A stretch of 60,722 bases of DNA, filler included, from Bipalium vagum (lineage: Eukaryota), in the NCBI GenBank assembly GCA_037834085.1. It is 3 parts of 3 records of this genome, joined end to end, with 100 filler letters (N's around TTAATTAATTAA, not from the genome) between each part and the next. Parts side by side here need not be neighbours in the genome. Positions count along the whole stretch, not along the records: positions 17,554 to 43,691 come from JBBMKC010162370.1; positions 43,792 to 60,722 come from JBBMKC010085730.1; 1 more part is not named here. One strand, 5' to 3'. The translations under genes were made by a program, and so were the position numbers. Below, one piece after another: positions 39,771-52,365 of the stretch. The notes under the pieces were generated by a model. That model made no database searches, was not told where the DNA came from, and saw only the letters and a program-made list of their open reading frames with translations. Position 1 is the first letter of the stretch; every line of letters starts with the position of its first letter.

Positions 39771-40413
39771 TCTAGAAAATTCTTATTCATTTTAGTTTAT
39801 TTCAATTATTTTGAAGTTTGTATTTAATCAATTAAATGTGACGCAGCATAATGAAAAAAACTACACAATTAAAAAAGTAGTTTCATGTTAAATTAATCTG
39901 AAATATTGAAAAATTACCTTTCCTGATACAATCAACAATTGATGAATAAAACATCTAAGAAATTTAAAATTAGTGAATTGATATAACAAAAATATTTTTA
40001 ATTAAATACATTTAAATTAATTTCACTGTTTTATTAATTTTTATTTTCATTTTTACTTAGTTATATTTAATAATAATTCATTTTATGACACTTACATTAA
40101 CAAATAGTAAAAATAAATTTTTTATTCATGTTTTTTGACATTATATAGTTAATTTTAAATTTTTTGAACACTTGACATTTCAAAGTAAAGAGTATCTAGT
40201 GTTATTACAGCTGGCTTTGTAAAAAAAAAGATTTTGTATAATTCTTATAAAATTAATCTCTTGTTTATTTGATGTATTTATTATAAGTAAATATAATGTT
40301 TGAATAATTATTTTAAGTCAAATTTATTGGACAAAAGGCTATATATAATTTTTTTTATTTATATTACTTGTTTTTTTTATGAATTTTTTTTATATTTATA
40401 ATTTAATTTAGAT

Positions 40414-43207
40414 ATGGAACCTGAAAAAGACAATTTGTATAGAAATTTATTTTCATAATACAATTAAATTTTTAAAATTTTGGATTATATAAAGATAAGA
40501 TACATGAGTTATAATCAATTTTTTTCACTTAAGTTTCTTTAAAGATAATACAATGAACCAAATAATCAAAATTAAAAAAACAAAAATGTCAACAATTTAA
40601 AAAACCCAATAAATCAAGTTTCAGGTTAAACAATTTTTCGTATTAAAATTTTTGTTTAACCAGATTATATTTATTTTTTAGTCTATACATTTATTTGAAA
40701 TCTATTTTACTTAGTAACACAACTATAGTTAAGTTATTTTGGTATATCATTTATTTTTTTTAAATCTAAAGGTTTGAAATGAAATACTAAATTGATCAAA
40801 AGAACCATTTTCAACACCTATTATTATTTTATTTTAATCGCGATAACAGAGTGGACATGAGTGACACGGCTTATGGATTTAATTCCATCAACATAAAGAT
40901 TTAAAAGAGCAGTAAAATTGCTTAAAGTCAAAGAAGATTAGAGATCAATGTCAATTTTACAGACAAATGAAGTCATATTTATGGCTAATAAGTGGAATAT
41001 AAGATGCACAAGGTGGACCAAACATAATATTTCGAAAAGGGAGTTTAATTCATGTCCAGCCATGATATCACTTTCTACATCTGGGAGGAGCAGATCAACC
41101 AAACAATTCACAATTTTGTGGAAAATAATACCTGATAATTAAAAATATTTTTAATTTTTAGAAGTTTGGCACGCTTTAAAATAAATATTAAAAGAAAGTG
41201 ATTTATCTTTTACTAAAGAGTTGAGTTCTGTTAAAGCTCACAGCCATAAACGAAAATTTTCTTTAACATAAGATTAGTAGAAACATTATTTTGTCAAATT
41301 TTTTTATAATAGAAGGTAAAAGTTGCATAAAGAATGTTTCATTAAGTATGACGCATTTTCTATTAGGAATATTAACTTTATATTTCCTTTGTTTTAAATT
41401 TTCTTTTTTACATTTATTAATATTCACCACCTTAAATATGCATTTGCTTACAGCTGAACAGCGATTATAAATAATTCAAATTTAGCACCAAAGTTTCCGT
41501 TCAGTTATGGAAGATTATTAAAGCCGACTTTTCGCGACATAATCATCCGAATAGAAGAGCAATAGGATGTCTGGTGCAAAACTTTGAGTCAACATAGTCA
41601 TTTATTAATGTTACAACTCAAATAAAACAGAGAAATGTGAGGTGTACAAAAATAGCAGCTGTTAGAATGTCAGTTAAAACAAATCAAAAAAATCAATTCG
41701 CCGGCGCTCTCAGAAATTGTGTCTCCCACATACAATTGTGACGAATTTTGTATGAGAACCTAGGTTTATTTTCATATTAGTCCAAACTGACTCAATAATT
41801 AAATGACAACTCAATGCTAATGATTTTTATCAGAAAGTTATCTTCAATCACGAGGCTGATTATTGGCTCAATGGCTTTGTGAGAAATCAAAATTGTAAGA
41901 TTTTATCAAGCTCAAACCAAGTATTGATGAAAAAGATGCTATTATATCCACAAAAAAACCATCTTCTGCGGTTTACACACTGGAGACATTGATCAGTACT
42001 TCTTCAAAAATTTTGGAAAATCGGTTATGGTAAATGAGAAAAGATATCTTTCCATGTTAAAGGAATACTTTTCTGCAATTAGATCTTCAGTTGGGTAACA
42101 AGTTCTTTCAACAAGACGGCGCTAGTGCCTCATTGATCTTTTATTCATATGTCAAAGACAAGTATTTTTATCAAAAAATAAAATGCACCATCCACATTGG
42201 AACCTCTTATATTTATTTTAAATTACAAGATATATTAATATTGGATGGATGTTTTAATTATAATTAATAATTAAATAATAATTATTATTTACTTGTAGTT
42301 TAGTTTGGTTTTTAGCATTCAATTCTTAGATTCACTGCAGGAGTAAATGAAATAATTGAACTATCAAAAGTGGTTGAAAATGAATTAAATATAATAAACA
42401 AATACCATTTTCAGAGCAAAACTCACACAAGGTAAAGTTTCATATAAAAATAAACCAACTCTAATTTATTAAATTGTTTAATGAAAAAGTCATTAGATTG
42501 CCCAATTGACTTTCTAAAAGTAAAGTCATTAGGGAATAATATAGGATTTGAAACAAGTAAAATATAAGCCAGAGAAATTCATTATTCTAAACAAATTAAT
42601 TTTTGCAAACAAAAATATATTATTAAGTGATTATAATATTATTAAAGCCCTTTATTTTAATGATAATAAATAAACTAATAAGATGTTTTAAGTTAAACTT
42701 AAAAAAAAGATTTTCGGAAAAACGATGAAACGCACAAGAGATATTATTAACATAACTGATACCAGAGGACCAAGTTAAAATAATAAAAATTCAATCTGAT
42801 GAAACAAAAATATTTTATTGTTTAATTAAATTTCTAATAGAAATGACAGAAAAAAAGCTGCACTATATAAGTCATAGAGATTTCATTATTTTTTCAATAG
42901 GTTGATAATAAAACGAAAATCCTGAAACAAAAGACTTTGTTGTAAAGCACTTACAACTTAATAAAAATAATAATATTATATTCCATATACGTAGAGCATT
43001 TCATTTATAAATTTTGGATTAAATTTTTTATAATTTTTAAACCATATTTCATTCAATTTCAATTTTTATTATGAAATTATTAATGTGCGGACATTAATTA
43101 AAAACATATTTTTCAGTCTGAGTTGGCGACAGAACTTTCAGGAGTACTTGGATCGATTGTTAATTTTACGTCTGATTTACATACAGAGCATTATGCAATT
43201 ACTTTAA
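40414..43207 (+). CDS. Putative three-exon small orphan gene (40414-40436, 42330-42431, 43117-43207; 71 aa)
   Basis: Phase-2 GT-AG junctions are mutually compatible and AATAAA lies at 43272; no recognisable homology. Confidence 0.3.
41420..42200 (+). mobile_element. Tc1/mariner-superfamily (rosa/maT-like) remnant
   Basis: IFNHEADYWLNGFVRNQNCKI, VMVNEKRYLSMLKEYF and FFQQDGASA motifs. Confidence 0.7.
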
Positions 43208-43648
43208 TTGAATATTTTCAATATTAAGCACTCGGACTCTGAATGTACAGAATCATATTTAATGAATCAAGAATAAATGATTAATTTCCACAATATAAAT
43301 ACCAAATAGTTTCTGAATTTTCTACAAGAATTTAAAGAAAAAAAAATAGAAAATATTTTTTACTTATTAATTCATTAATTGTTAATGTCACAATTTCAAT
43401 ATTTGCGAAGTTATTTAGGAAAATATTTCTAATCAAACATCAGCTCTATTATCATAATTAGTATTATTAATAAAAATAATATATTATAATATTGAAATAT
43501 AATATATTATAATAATGAAATATAATATTAATTAATTATGATTATATTATAACTTAATATTTTAATAAAAAATCAGCATTATTATTATCAATAATAGTAA
43601 TAATAAAAAAGAGTTACTACTAATAAAAAATACTACTACTACTACTAC

Positions 43649-43691
<43 letters not shown>

Positions 43692-43791
43692 NNNNNNNNN
43701 NNNNNNNNNNNNNNNNNNNNNNNNNNNNNNNNNNNTTAATTAATTAANNNNNNNNNNNNNNNNNNNNNNNNNNNNNNNNNNNNNNNNNNNN
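43692..43791. other. Artificial scaffold spacer (44 N + TTAATTAATTAA + 44 N)
   Basis: Same 100-bp structure as 17454-17553; preceded by (CTA)n(TAA)n(TTA)n repeats. Confidence 0.95.
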
Positions 43792-44447
43792 TATATATTT
43801 CTGTAAGAGCCTAAACACAACTTATAATATTAGAGAATATAAATGTTATTCATAAAATTACAGTAAAAATAAGTTGTACTATAAACAATACAATTTTAAA
43901 TTTATAAGGATACTGATAATGATTCCTGTCAATTGTGATATTTGAAAGAGTTTGTTCAATTTCTGTTCAATTCCATTTCAAGAAAGATTTGGTTGATTTT
44001 ATACTCTTTATTGAGAAACGTTTTTGAAAAGAAGCTTTTGTGTCACATCAATACTAAACCACAACAATAGGTGGTAATTTTGACTTTTTACACATAAATA
44101 ATAGAATTATAATCAACTCAAAGGATTGATAAAAGCATCATTGATTTCTCAGATAATAATTATTTTTTTATCTTCTACAAATGGCACAATAGTGATTTTC
44201 ATAAATTTCATTAGGGAAACTTTACTCCGTTTCCAATTTGGCCAAAATTAAGCATAATCTAAATGAGCTGAACGGTCATGGAATATAACGTAAGAGCTTT
44301 CTATTCATTTTCCTTTGGCAAAAATTTTTCCAATTTCCCTCTTAAAATATTTTTTAAAGATTCACAATAAATAAAACAAAACAATAAATAAAATAATGAT
44401 TTCAGTAATATTAATAATGGTAAAAATAACTACAGGCCAATTTTATT

Positions 44448-44746
44448 TTAAAAAAATACTTTTTTAACTTGTTTTATATGAATTGCAGGATCAATGGGGG
44501 CTGCGCTGAATGGATCATCGCCAAATATATTGCTAAAATTATTTTCTTGCGACTCTTTAGGAATAATACTATTATTATTGTTGTCATTATCCTTGTAAAT
44601 ATGACTATTATTGATATTGATATTATTATTATAATGGCTGTTGTTATTCTGACTGGAGCACGACTCTAAAGAAGGTGACATATTGACTGAGTTCGTTGAA
44701 ATTGATTGATCATGGTTTTCAAGACTTTCTTCTTTAATTGCTGATG
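44448..44746 (-). CDS. numb: Numb, 3' exon with Asn/Ser-rich linker and DPF motif
   Basis: ttacag acceptor in phase 1, matching the upstream NumbF exon; SAIKEES...FGDDPFSAAPIDP. The end is either the stop at 44448 or a donor at 44459 (AAA|gtattt). Confidence 0.7.
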
Positions 44747-47391
44747 CTGTAAGAAAAAAATACATAGTAAATCATAGGCCAAACATGTTAATATAATGAT
44801 TTTAGCTTTAAAAACGATTCTCTTTAGGAATTATCTCAATTTTCTCCATTTTTATTTTCAAGTTAAATTAAGATTAAATAAATCATTATAAATTTCAGTA
44901 ATATTGTGAAAAATAATTTGTAATTTACTTGCTGAAGGCTACACGTTATCAATTAATAACAGATCCTGTTTCCTTTTATATTTTACCAAAGTATTATAAA
45001 TGTAAATATATTAAATAATAAAATATTTTAGTATGCTTAATATTAATAAAGTTAAATAAATTGAAATTTTGCAATTAATAATTAAAGGAATTAGGAAAAC
45101 GAGATATTATTAGTTGAAAAACTAAAATAATAATTGAAAAATAAAATAATAAAAATTAAATTACACTTAAAAAATAATAATATGAGAGAACTGCTTTTAA
45201 AAATTTTCGAAAAAACAAATAAAAATAATAGTTCTGAAAATAAATTATATTATATTCTCCAGTTTTCCTGAAAAAAGAAAATAAATAGAAAGGCACATTG
45301 AGTAATTGGCAGTAGATACACTGAACTTAATAAATCGTTATTATTAAATGGATAAAAGTATTAAGAAATGAAAGATTTTTTGAAGTTTTATCCTTTATTT
45401 AAAATCATGTCATTTTTGTAAAAAAAAGGAAAATATTTTCTTTCTCCAATGATTCGGAGCCATTTAAAATTTTTTGAAGGATTTGTCAAAAAATATTAAA
45501 CTATTATAACATAATTCTGGAACTTGGTTATCAGTTCTGGAATCAAAGGAAATGATATTTTAGTAATCATATGATTCTGACTGGGAGCATTGTGATCGCA
45601 TTACTTTAGATCGGGAATTATTTAAATTTTGACACTGAATACACTTTCTGAAACCCAGCAGGCTTCGATGGGAAAATTTTCAAAAAAATCATCTGATGGA
45701 ATATTTCACGAAGACTTAGCTTGGCATAGTCAAAATATTTGGTTGAATAAAGAAGAAAGTGAATTAATTAATTAGCATAATGAAATTTCTTAATTAGCAC
45801 ATTTACTATTGATAAAAACTGATTGATTATCGTAAAGAGCGAAATTTTGAGAATTGGATCAAAAATAAAAATATCAGAGTTCTTTTGAAAATTTGCAAAA
45901 AAATATCAAAAACAAATGACACTTCAAAGATATCTTAGGCAAATCTCTCTAATTATTTTGATTATATATCTTAAATTCTTTATATTAGAAAAATTTTACA
46001 TTTCAAAAAATTAAAGATAATAAAAATTGAGGGAACTTTTTATATATTCTACAGAAATTCAGTCAGCGGAAAACCATGTTAATCATTTCATAATCTCAGT
46101 ATATTAATAAGGGTACCCAATTAAACGCATAGATAATAATAAATAAATAAATAACAAAGAAAACTATTTTAATTAGTTGGGAAAAATTCAATAGTTTTGA
46201 GACCAATTTGATGAAATTTTATTTCAAAAATAAATGTTAATCAAACGATATTGAAAAAAGTATCAATATCAAAATTAAAGAGTTGTTTAGCTTCATTGTT
46301 TTACACCTAAAACCACAAATACAATTTTAAAAATAATAAGAATAAAAAATTTCTTTCACTAAAAATCATAGTTAATTAGGGAATAAAAATAAAATTTAGA
46401 TTTCAGATTGAGGCATAATTATTTTCACAATCGCAGAAAAGAAAAGCAAGAGTATTCAGATAATTAAGTATAAATTGTTTTATATGAATTATTATTTTTA
46501 AAACTTATCATATAACATCTTTAGTTCTACATTGGAAAATTAATTGAACACCTNNNNNNNNNNNNNNNNNNNNNNNNNNNNNNNNNNNNNNNNNNNNNNN
46601 NNNNNNNNNNNNNNNNNNNNNNNNNNNNNNNNNNNNNNNNNNNNNNNNNNNNNNNNNNNNNNNNNNNNNNNNNNNNNNNNNNNNNNNNNNNNNNNNGTAG
46701 TATTAGTAGTAGTAAAGTGTAATTAATAAAATCGATAATTAATAATATTCAATTATTGTTGTAAAATGTAAGAGAATAATATTGAATTTTCTATTCAAAT
46801 ATTCTCAATTAAGATTTCCAATGGGATTAAATTTGCATAATAGTTCGAATGAGATAAGATTTTCAATAATTATAATTGGCGAAAATAATAAAGCAAAACC
46901 TTTACACGCACAATATTCAATTACGACATTAACTTTTGGTAAAAATATAATTGATCAAAACTTAATTTATCAAAATAAACGAATATATAATTCTCAATAG
47001 ATTTTTACCAATATTCATTATTAAGAAAATCAGAAAGATAAAGAATTTATATTTTCGAAAACATTCCTTTGGAATATTCTTTTTTAAAGAGTTTCACTTT
47101 TATTTTAGCAGAATATTCCATTTTTCGGTTGATATATACTGCACAAAGAACTACTATTATTCGGGAAAGAAAATTTAATGAAACATTACAAGAATGACAG
47201 ACATTTTGNNNNNNNNNNNNNNNNNNNNNNNNNNNNNNNNNNNNNNNNNNNNNNNNNNNNNNNNNNNNNNNNNNNNNNNNNNNNNNNNNNNNNNNNNNNN
47301 NNNNNNNNNNNNNNNNNNNNNNNNNNNNNNNNNNNNNNNNNNNNNNNNNNNNNNNNNNNNNNNNNNNAAAACTAACAATTATTCCAATTAC

Positions 47392-47494
47392 TTCTTCGTT
47401 CTGTGTTTGCCGATAAATCTGAAATTTTCACAGAGCATTCGCGTTTGAAAGGATTGTTTTGTTCCTGGAGTTTTGGAAATATTCTCATAGAGTT
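47392..47494 (-). CDS. numb: Numb, NumbF-domain exon
   Basis: tttag acceptor, phase 0. NSMRIFPKLQEQNNPFKRECSVKISDLSANTERR aligns to Numb GSFRGFPALSQKMSPFKRQLSLRINELPSTMQRK. Donor A|gtaatt, with an in-phase alternative T|gttagt ending at 47377. Confidence 0.85.
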
Positions 47495-47814
47495 CTAAAT
47501 ACAGATAATGTTAAAAAATAAACTAAATGATTGCATTGAATTTAAAATTTATTTTGTTAAATAAAATATGGCGTAATCAAATGACGAAAAAATTGATCAA
47601 CTTTCCATTCAATTTCACAAAAAAATAATTCAAGTCGATATATAAAATAAATATTAAAACAGAGAAAATGATCAATAATTTTTTTCATTTTAAAGAGACT
47701 TGGCACATGAATATACATATATCCGTCAAATTTATAAAATCCTTTTCATCAAATAATAATCATTTAGACATTATATAGTTATCAAAATATAAAGTGGTGG
47801 TTAATTTTTATCAT

Positions 47815-49002
47815 TTTTTGTCCTATAAGTCCCCGCGAAAAGTAAACTCAAATATTTCTTAAGCAGATTGAGATATTTAATCCCTTGCCTTATAAAATTA
47901 ATGACAGATCTTTTAATTTTTATTTCAGATAAAAAAATATACAACAATTATTCGAAATGACTACCTTTAACTGATAAACATAAATTCATCCCTTTTACAA
48001 TATTTAAAAATAGGCTATTCAAAGTTTCTGTGGTAACAATTTTTATTTCTTCGGTGATTTTTGTTTTCAAATCGCCCATAAATAGAAGTCAAGAGGAGTT
48101 AAATCTGGTGAACGTGGAGCATATAGAATTGAACCACATCTTCCAATCCAATTGTTCGGAAAATGAGAATCAAGATATCGTCGTACATTTGTTGAAAAAT
48201 GCGCAAAAGCTCCATCTTGCTGAAATACCAGAGGCCGTACTTTGTACATTTTCCTCACTTCAAACATAAAATAATCTTGAAGCATTGATAGATAATTTTG
48301 GCCATTAACAGTCTCATCCTCAAAGAAATACGGACCGATAATTTTATTTTTTGACAAAGCACACCAAACATTTACCTTCTGGAATTTTCTAGCAGTTTCA
48401 AAAGTAACATGTGGATTACTTCTGATCAATATCCTACGTTATGTTTATTTACTAATCCTTTTAAGTAAAACTTTGCTTCATCTGAAAAGAAAATATTTTC
48501 CTGAATATCCACATTTTCTAACACTAGGACCAGGATTTTGCACATCTCAACTATGTCTTGCAAATACTCTTTATGTAATTCCTGCGTGAAATGGACCTTA
48601 AAGGGTTTCAATGATGTTCTCTCATAACTCGATGGGTTGTTGTTCGCGAAATGAAGCATGTGGTTGCAGCAGATCGAACACTGCATTGTGGGTCACTTTC
48701 AATAACTTCACTCATTTTCTTAACTTCATTTTCAGCGATCAACCTTGGTCTTCCAGAACGTTCACGATCTTCCACCGAGCCAATCTCACAAAACGATGAA
48801 AAGTCTCTCTTATAGCACTTTCACTTGGTGAGATTTTCTCAAATTCGGCATTTAATTTCCGTTAAATCTAATTTTAAAATATTAAAAAACTTAGACTTAC
48901 ATACTTTAATATTATATAAATAGAAATTTCAATAGATTGAATTTATTAATAATAATAATAATATGTAAGTTTACTTTCCACGGGGACTTATGGAACACCC
49001 TG
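47815..49002 (-). mobile_element. rosa/DD41D Tc1/mariner-superfamily element, near full length, decayed
   Basis: TIRs ATAAGTCCCCGCGAAAAGTAAACT / AGTTTACTTTCCACGGGGACTTAT...CACCCTG|TA; FFSDEA; QQDGA...PRSPDLTPLD with 41 residues counted between the second and third Asp. Confidence 0.9.
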
Positions 49003-49039
49003 TAAAACAAATAAACTTTAAATAAAAAAAATAAAATAT

Positions 49040-50100
49040 GATCAATATTTCGCAAACATTTATTTCAATAAAACAATAAATATTAATATTTAATTTGTTC
49101 CCCATTTTTCCCAAAACAGTTTTCAATTCTTGTTGGCATGTTTCGAATGACTTGACAGTTTTTATAGAAATTCCATCCAAAATTTCTTTTATGACTATTT
49201 GTAAATGTTCCACATCTTTTGGTTGTCTTTTTCGTACCTCAATTTTCATTAGTCCTCACAGATTTTCAATGGGATTGGCGTCAGAGGAGTTAGTTGGTCA
49301 TGATGATACCGTCCAACTTTTTTCCCGAAGCCATTCAGATGTGGATTTAAATGTATGACCTATTGCGCCATCTTGCTGAGAGACAAATGATTTCGTTTGA
49401 AGAATTTTTAATGAGTTTTTAGCCTCTGCAAATATTTCCATATATTTTTGGCTGTTGACTGCACCTCTTATAAAAATCATTTTTAACTTCCCAGTAGAAC
49501 GAATAGCACCCCGTATCATTAATAATGGTACAAATGAGGTATGGTCGGAGCACATACCATAGGTCTAACCTTGAACCAGCGTTTCCTTTCATGTCATGCA
49601 GCTCAAATCTGGTCTCATCAGCAAAAATCCAATTATACCATTTTGTTCTGTTTCCTCAAACTATTTGATTCTATTCTCCTTATCCTTATTCAATTTAACA
49701 TTCTCCTAGGAGCAAATTTTGAAAATCCCGATAGATCCAGGTAATTTAAAATAGTGTTGGGATGTAATATAATCTAGGGAATCCACGAGTTACCATATCT
49801 TCACACAAATCAAATTTTATAACATGTTGCCTGAGTCTCTGTCGATCTTTTTAAAAAAAATTTATGATCCTTCTAATTCCATTTCCATTTTTTTCAAGAC
49901 TTCATTCTATTTTTTATTTTAAATACAGTTCTATCTACTGTCCTTAACCGTATTCCTGTTATTTCATATATTATTTATATTTATTTTATATTATTTTTGT
50001 ATAAAACAGCTGCAGAGCTCTTCTAATCTTTTTTTGTATAACATTTGAACTTGGTCTCCATTTTGGACAATTATCAAAATAATGGTCGTTATAATGTTAA
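49040..50100 (-). mobile_element. Tc1 (DD34E) remnant
   Basis: QQDGAIGH...S*PTNSSDANPIENL with 34 residues counted between D and E; stops and frameshifts. Confidence 0.8.
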
Positions 50101-50598
50101 ATTTTAAATGATTATGTACTTAAGAATTACTAAAAGTATCTTGGCTAGTGCTTAAAAAAACCGCCTGGTATTTCAAATATTTGAATTTTTTAAACAAATT
50201 TAATATAATAATTCTTTTATTATCAAACCCACAACTTTTTATTGTGACAACTAGAATACATGAAACGCATATTTTCAGAATAAAATCTGAAATCTATTCA
50301 AATGATTGTTCTAATATTTAAAAAATAAATTATTGGGTATATTAATTAGAAAACTTTGATTTTATATAAAAATTTTTAAAAAAATGCAATTACTTATTGA
50401 TAATAATTGAGATATTAAAGAATAAATCGGTATCCAAAGTTTATAAACTATGATAAAAATTGATCGATAATATAATTCTGGTTGAGGTATCATGCATAAT
50501 TTAACAAAGTTCGAAACAGTTTTAATAAATAAAATTGAATATAGAAAAATTGAAAAATCCATAAAATTTAAATTGATATTTAATTATTAACTAATAGC

Positions 50599-50786
50599 AC
50601 CAAAAACAAATGAATTTTAATTTATAAAATAAATTTTAAAATTATAGATATATTATTATGGAAGGGTATTGCAAGAAAAAATAGTGCATAGAAAAAACCA
50701 AAAACAAATGAATTTTAATTTATAAAATAAATTTTAAAATTATAGATATATTATTATGGAAGCGTATTGCAAGAAAAAATAGTGCA
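50599..50786 (+). repeat. 90-bp tandem duplication (50599-50688, 50697-50786)
   Basis: One mismatch (GGGT vs GCGT) and an 8-bp spacer TAGAAAAA. Confidence 0.9.
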
Positions 50787-52365
50787 GATTTTCGTATAAT
50801 GTAATGAAAGATTATACCAAAGCCAAGCGCAATTTAGAATAATGCAGATTAAATAACACCCAAACGAGAACTTGTTTGACAGAATTAAAACAATTCTTAA
50901 TATGTACTACACATCCTGTTTAACTGACAACGACGGAAATTAGAATTCAAATAATCATTCATGATAAAATTAAATTTATTATTATTACTATATTATTATT
51001 ATTATTTGAAATTTTTCGATTTAAATAATCTGGATAGAATAAAAATAAATATAAAACTAATAATTTCTCCTATTTGTTAAAATATTATATTTTTTTCGAC
51101 AATCAGAGAATGATATCCAAGTGATCATAGAATTAAATAAGAAACTTTTATTTTAAAGATGTATCAATAATTATTACATTCAATATTTAACTTTATTATC
51201 AATTTTTATTTATTTAACTCTTATCTTTTCCTTATCATTCATAAAATATATCAAATAATATTTTTTATTTATAATTAAAATTTATATATCAATTGGACAG
51301 CTGTTTCACAATTCAGTAGGAAAAATATTTCGTTTCATTATAAAATTAAAAAAATATATTTAGAAAGCATTATACTAATTTCAACAAACATAATTAAAAA
51401 ATCGAATAAAAAAATATTGTTTTAATTTATTATTTCTTAATCTATTTAAATAATAAATAATTAAGTGTTAAATAATAGATTTATAAATCATTCTATAAAT
51501 TTATATCATAGTCATTTTAATAATCGTTTTATAATTCTCTCATGACATTTTAATATTATACAATAAATATTTTATTTAGAAATTAAAAATGTGAAATGAT
51601 TATCAAAAGAGGAAATTAACAATAATAATAAAGAGATATAGGAGACTTTATCATATTTGAACTTTTAAGTTTAATAGAATGGATGTCATCACAGAATTAT
51701 CACTGTAATGTGGAAATAAGCCTGACTTTCTCATATTGAATAAATATTAGGAAAATAGCAATAGAAAACCACTTCAAATAAATATTAAATATTAAAGAGC
51801 AAAGCTGTTCGATTTTCCCTCAGAGAATTCATTTTCTATCAACCTTTTATGCAACGACAGTGATGGAAAAATTAAACAATAAGCGAAACCTAGTTAAAAC
51901 AAGAGAGAAAGCATTGACTTAGATGGGCTATTTAATCAAGTTTAAAAATAATAATAATAATAATAAGTCAAATTCGTAAAGCTGCACTCTAAATGACATA
52001 ATAAATGTTATGACATAAATGTTTACTTATCTGAGGTTTGTTGATCGTTTAAATCATTTATAATTCTAGATAAATATTAAGAAAAATCATTTCAATTATG
52101 AGAAAAAATTGATATTAATAAAGTGGAAATAAATTTGCTTTTAAGAAAATTAATGAATACTTAAAAAATAAATAAATGCTCAATATTATATTAAGAAATA
52201 AATTAAATTACGAAGAAATACTTATTTTAAAATAAAATAAATGACAATAAATATATTTTTGTATAGTCATATTTGAGTTATAAAAAGGAGAAAATAATTT
52301 ATCACTTAAAATTAAATGTTAATTAGAATATTAAGAATAAAAAATATTTGCAAAACCCTATCTTA

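Noticed and set aside
40955-41130. Minus-strand frame with three in-frame TGA (selenoprotein or recoding?) and open frames on both strands
   Set aside because: No similarity to a selenoprotein family I recognise, no SECIS seen, and no consistent splice partner; compatible with chance or a decayed repeat.
46544-47448. ORFs full of X
   Set aside because: Artefacts of N gaps; only the minus-strand numb exon at 47392-47494 is supported.
48868-48900. 33-nt GTAAGT...TTAG intron in the rosa transposase 5' region
   Set aside because: Very short, and removing it deletes residues expected between KY and the following helix; cannot be told apart from decay.
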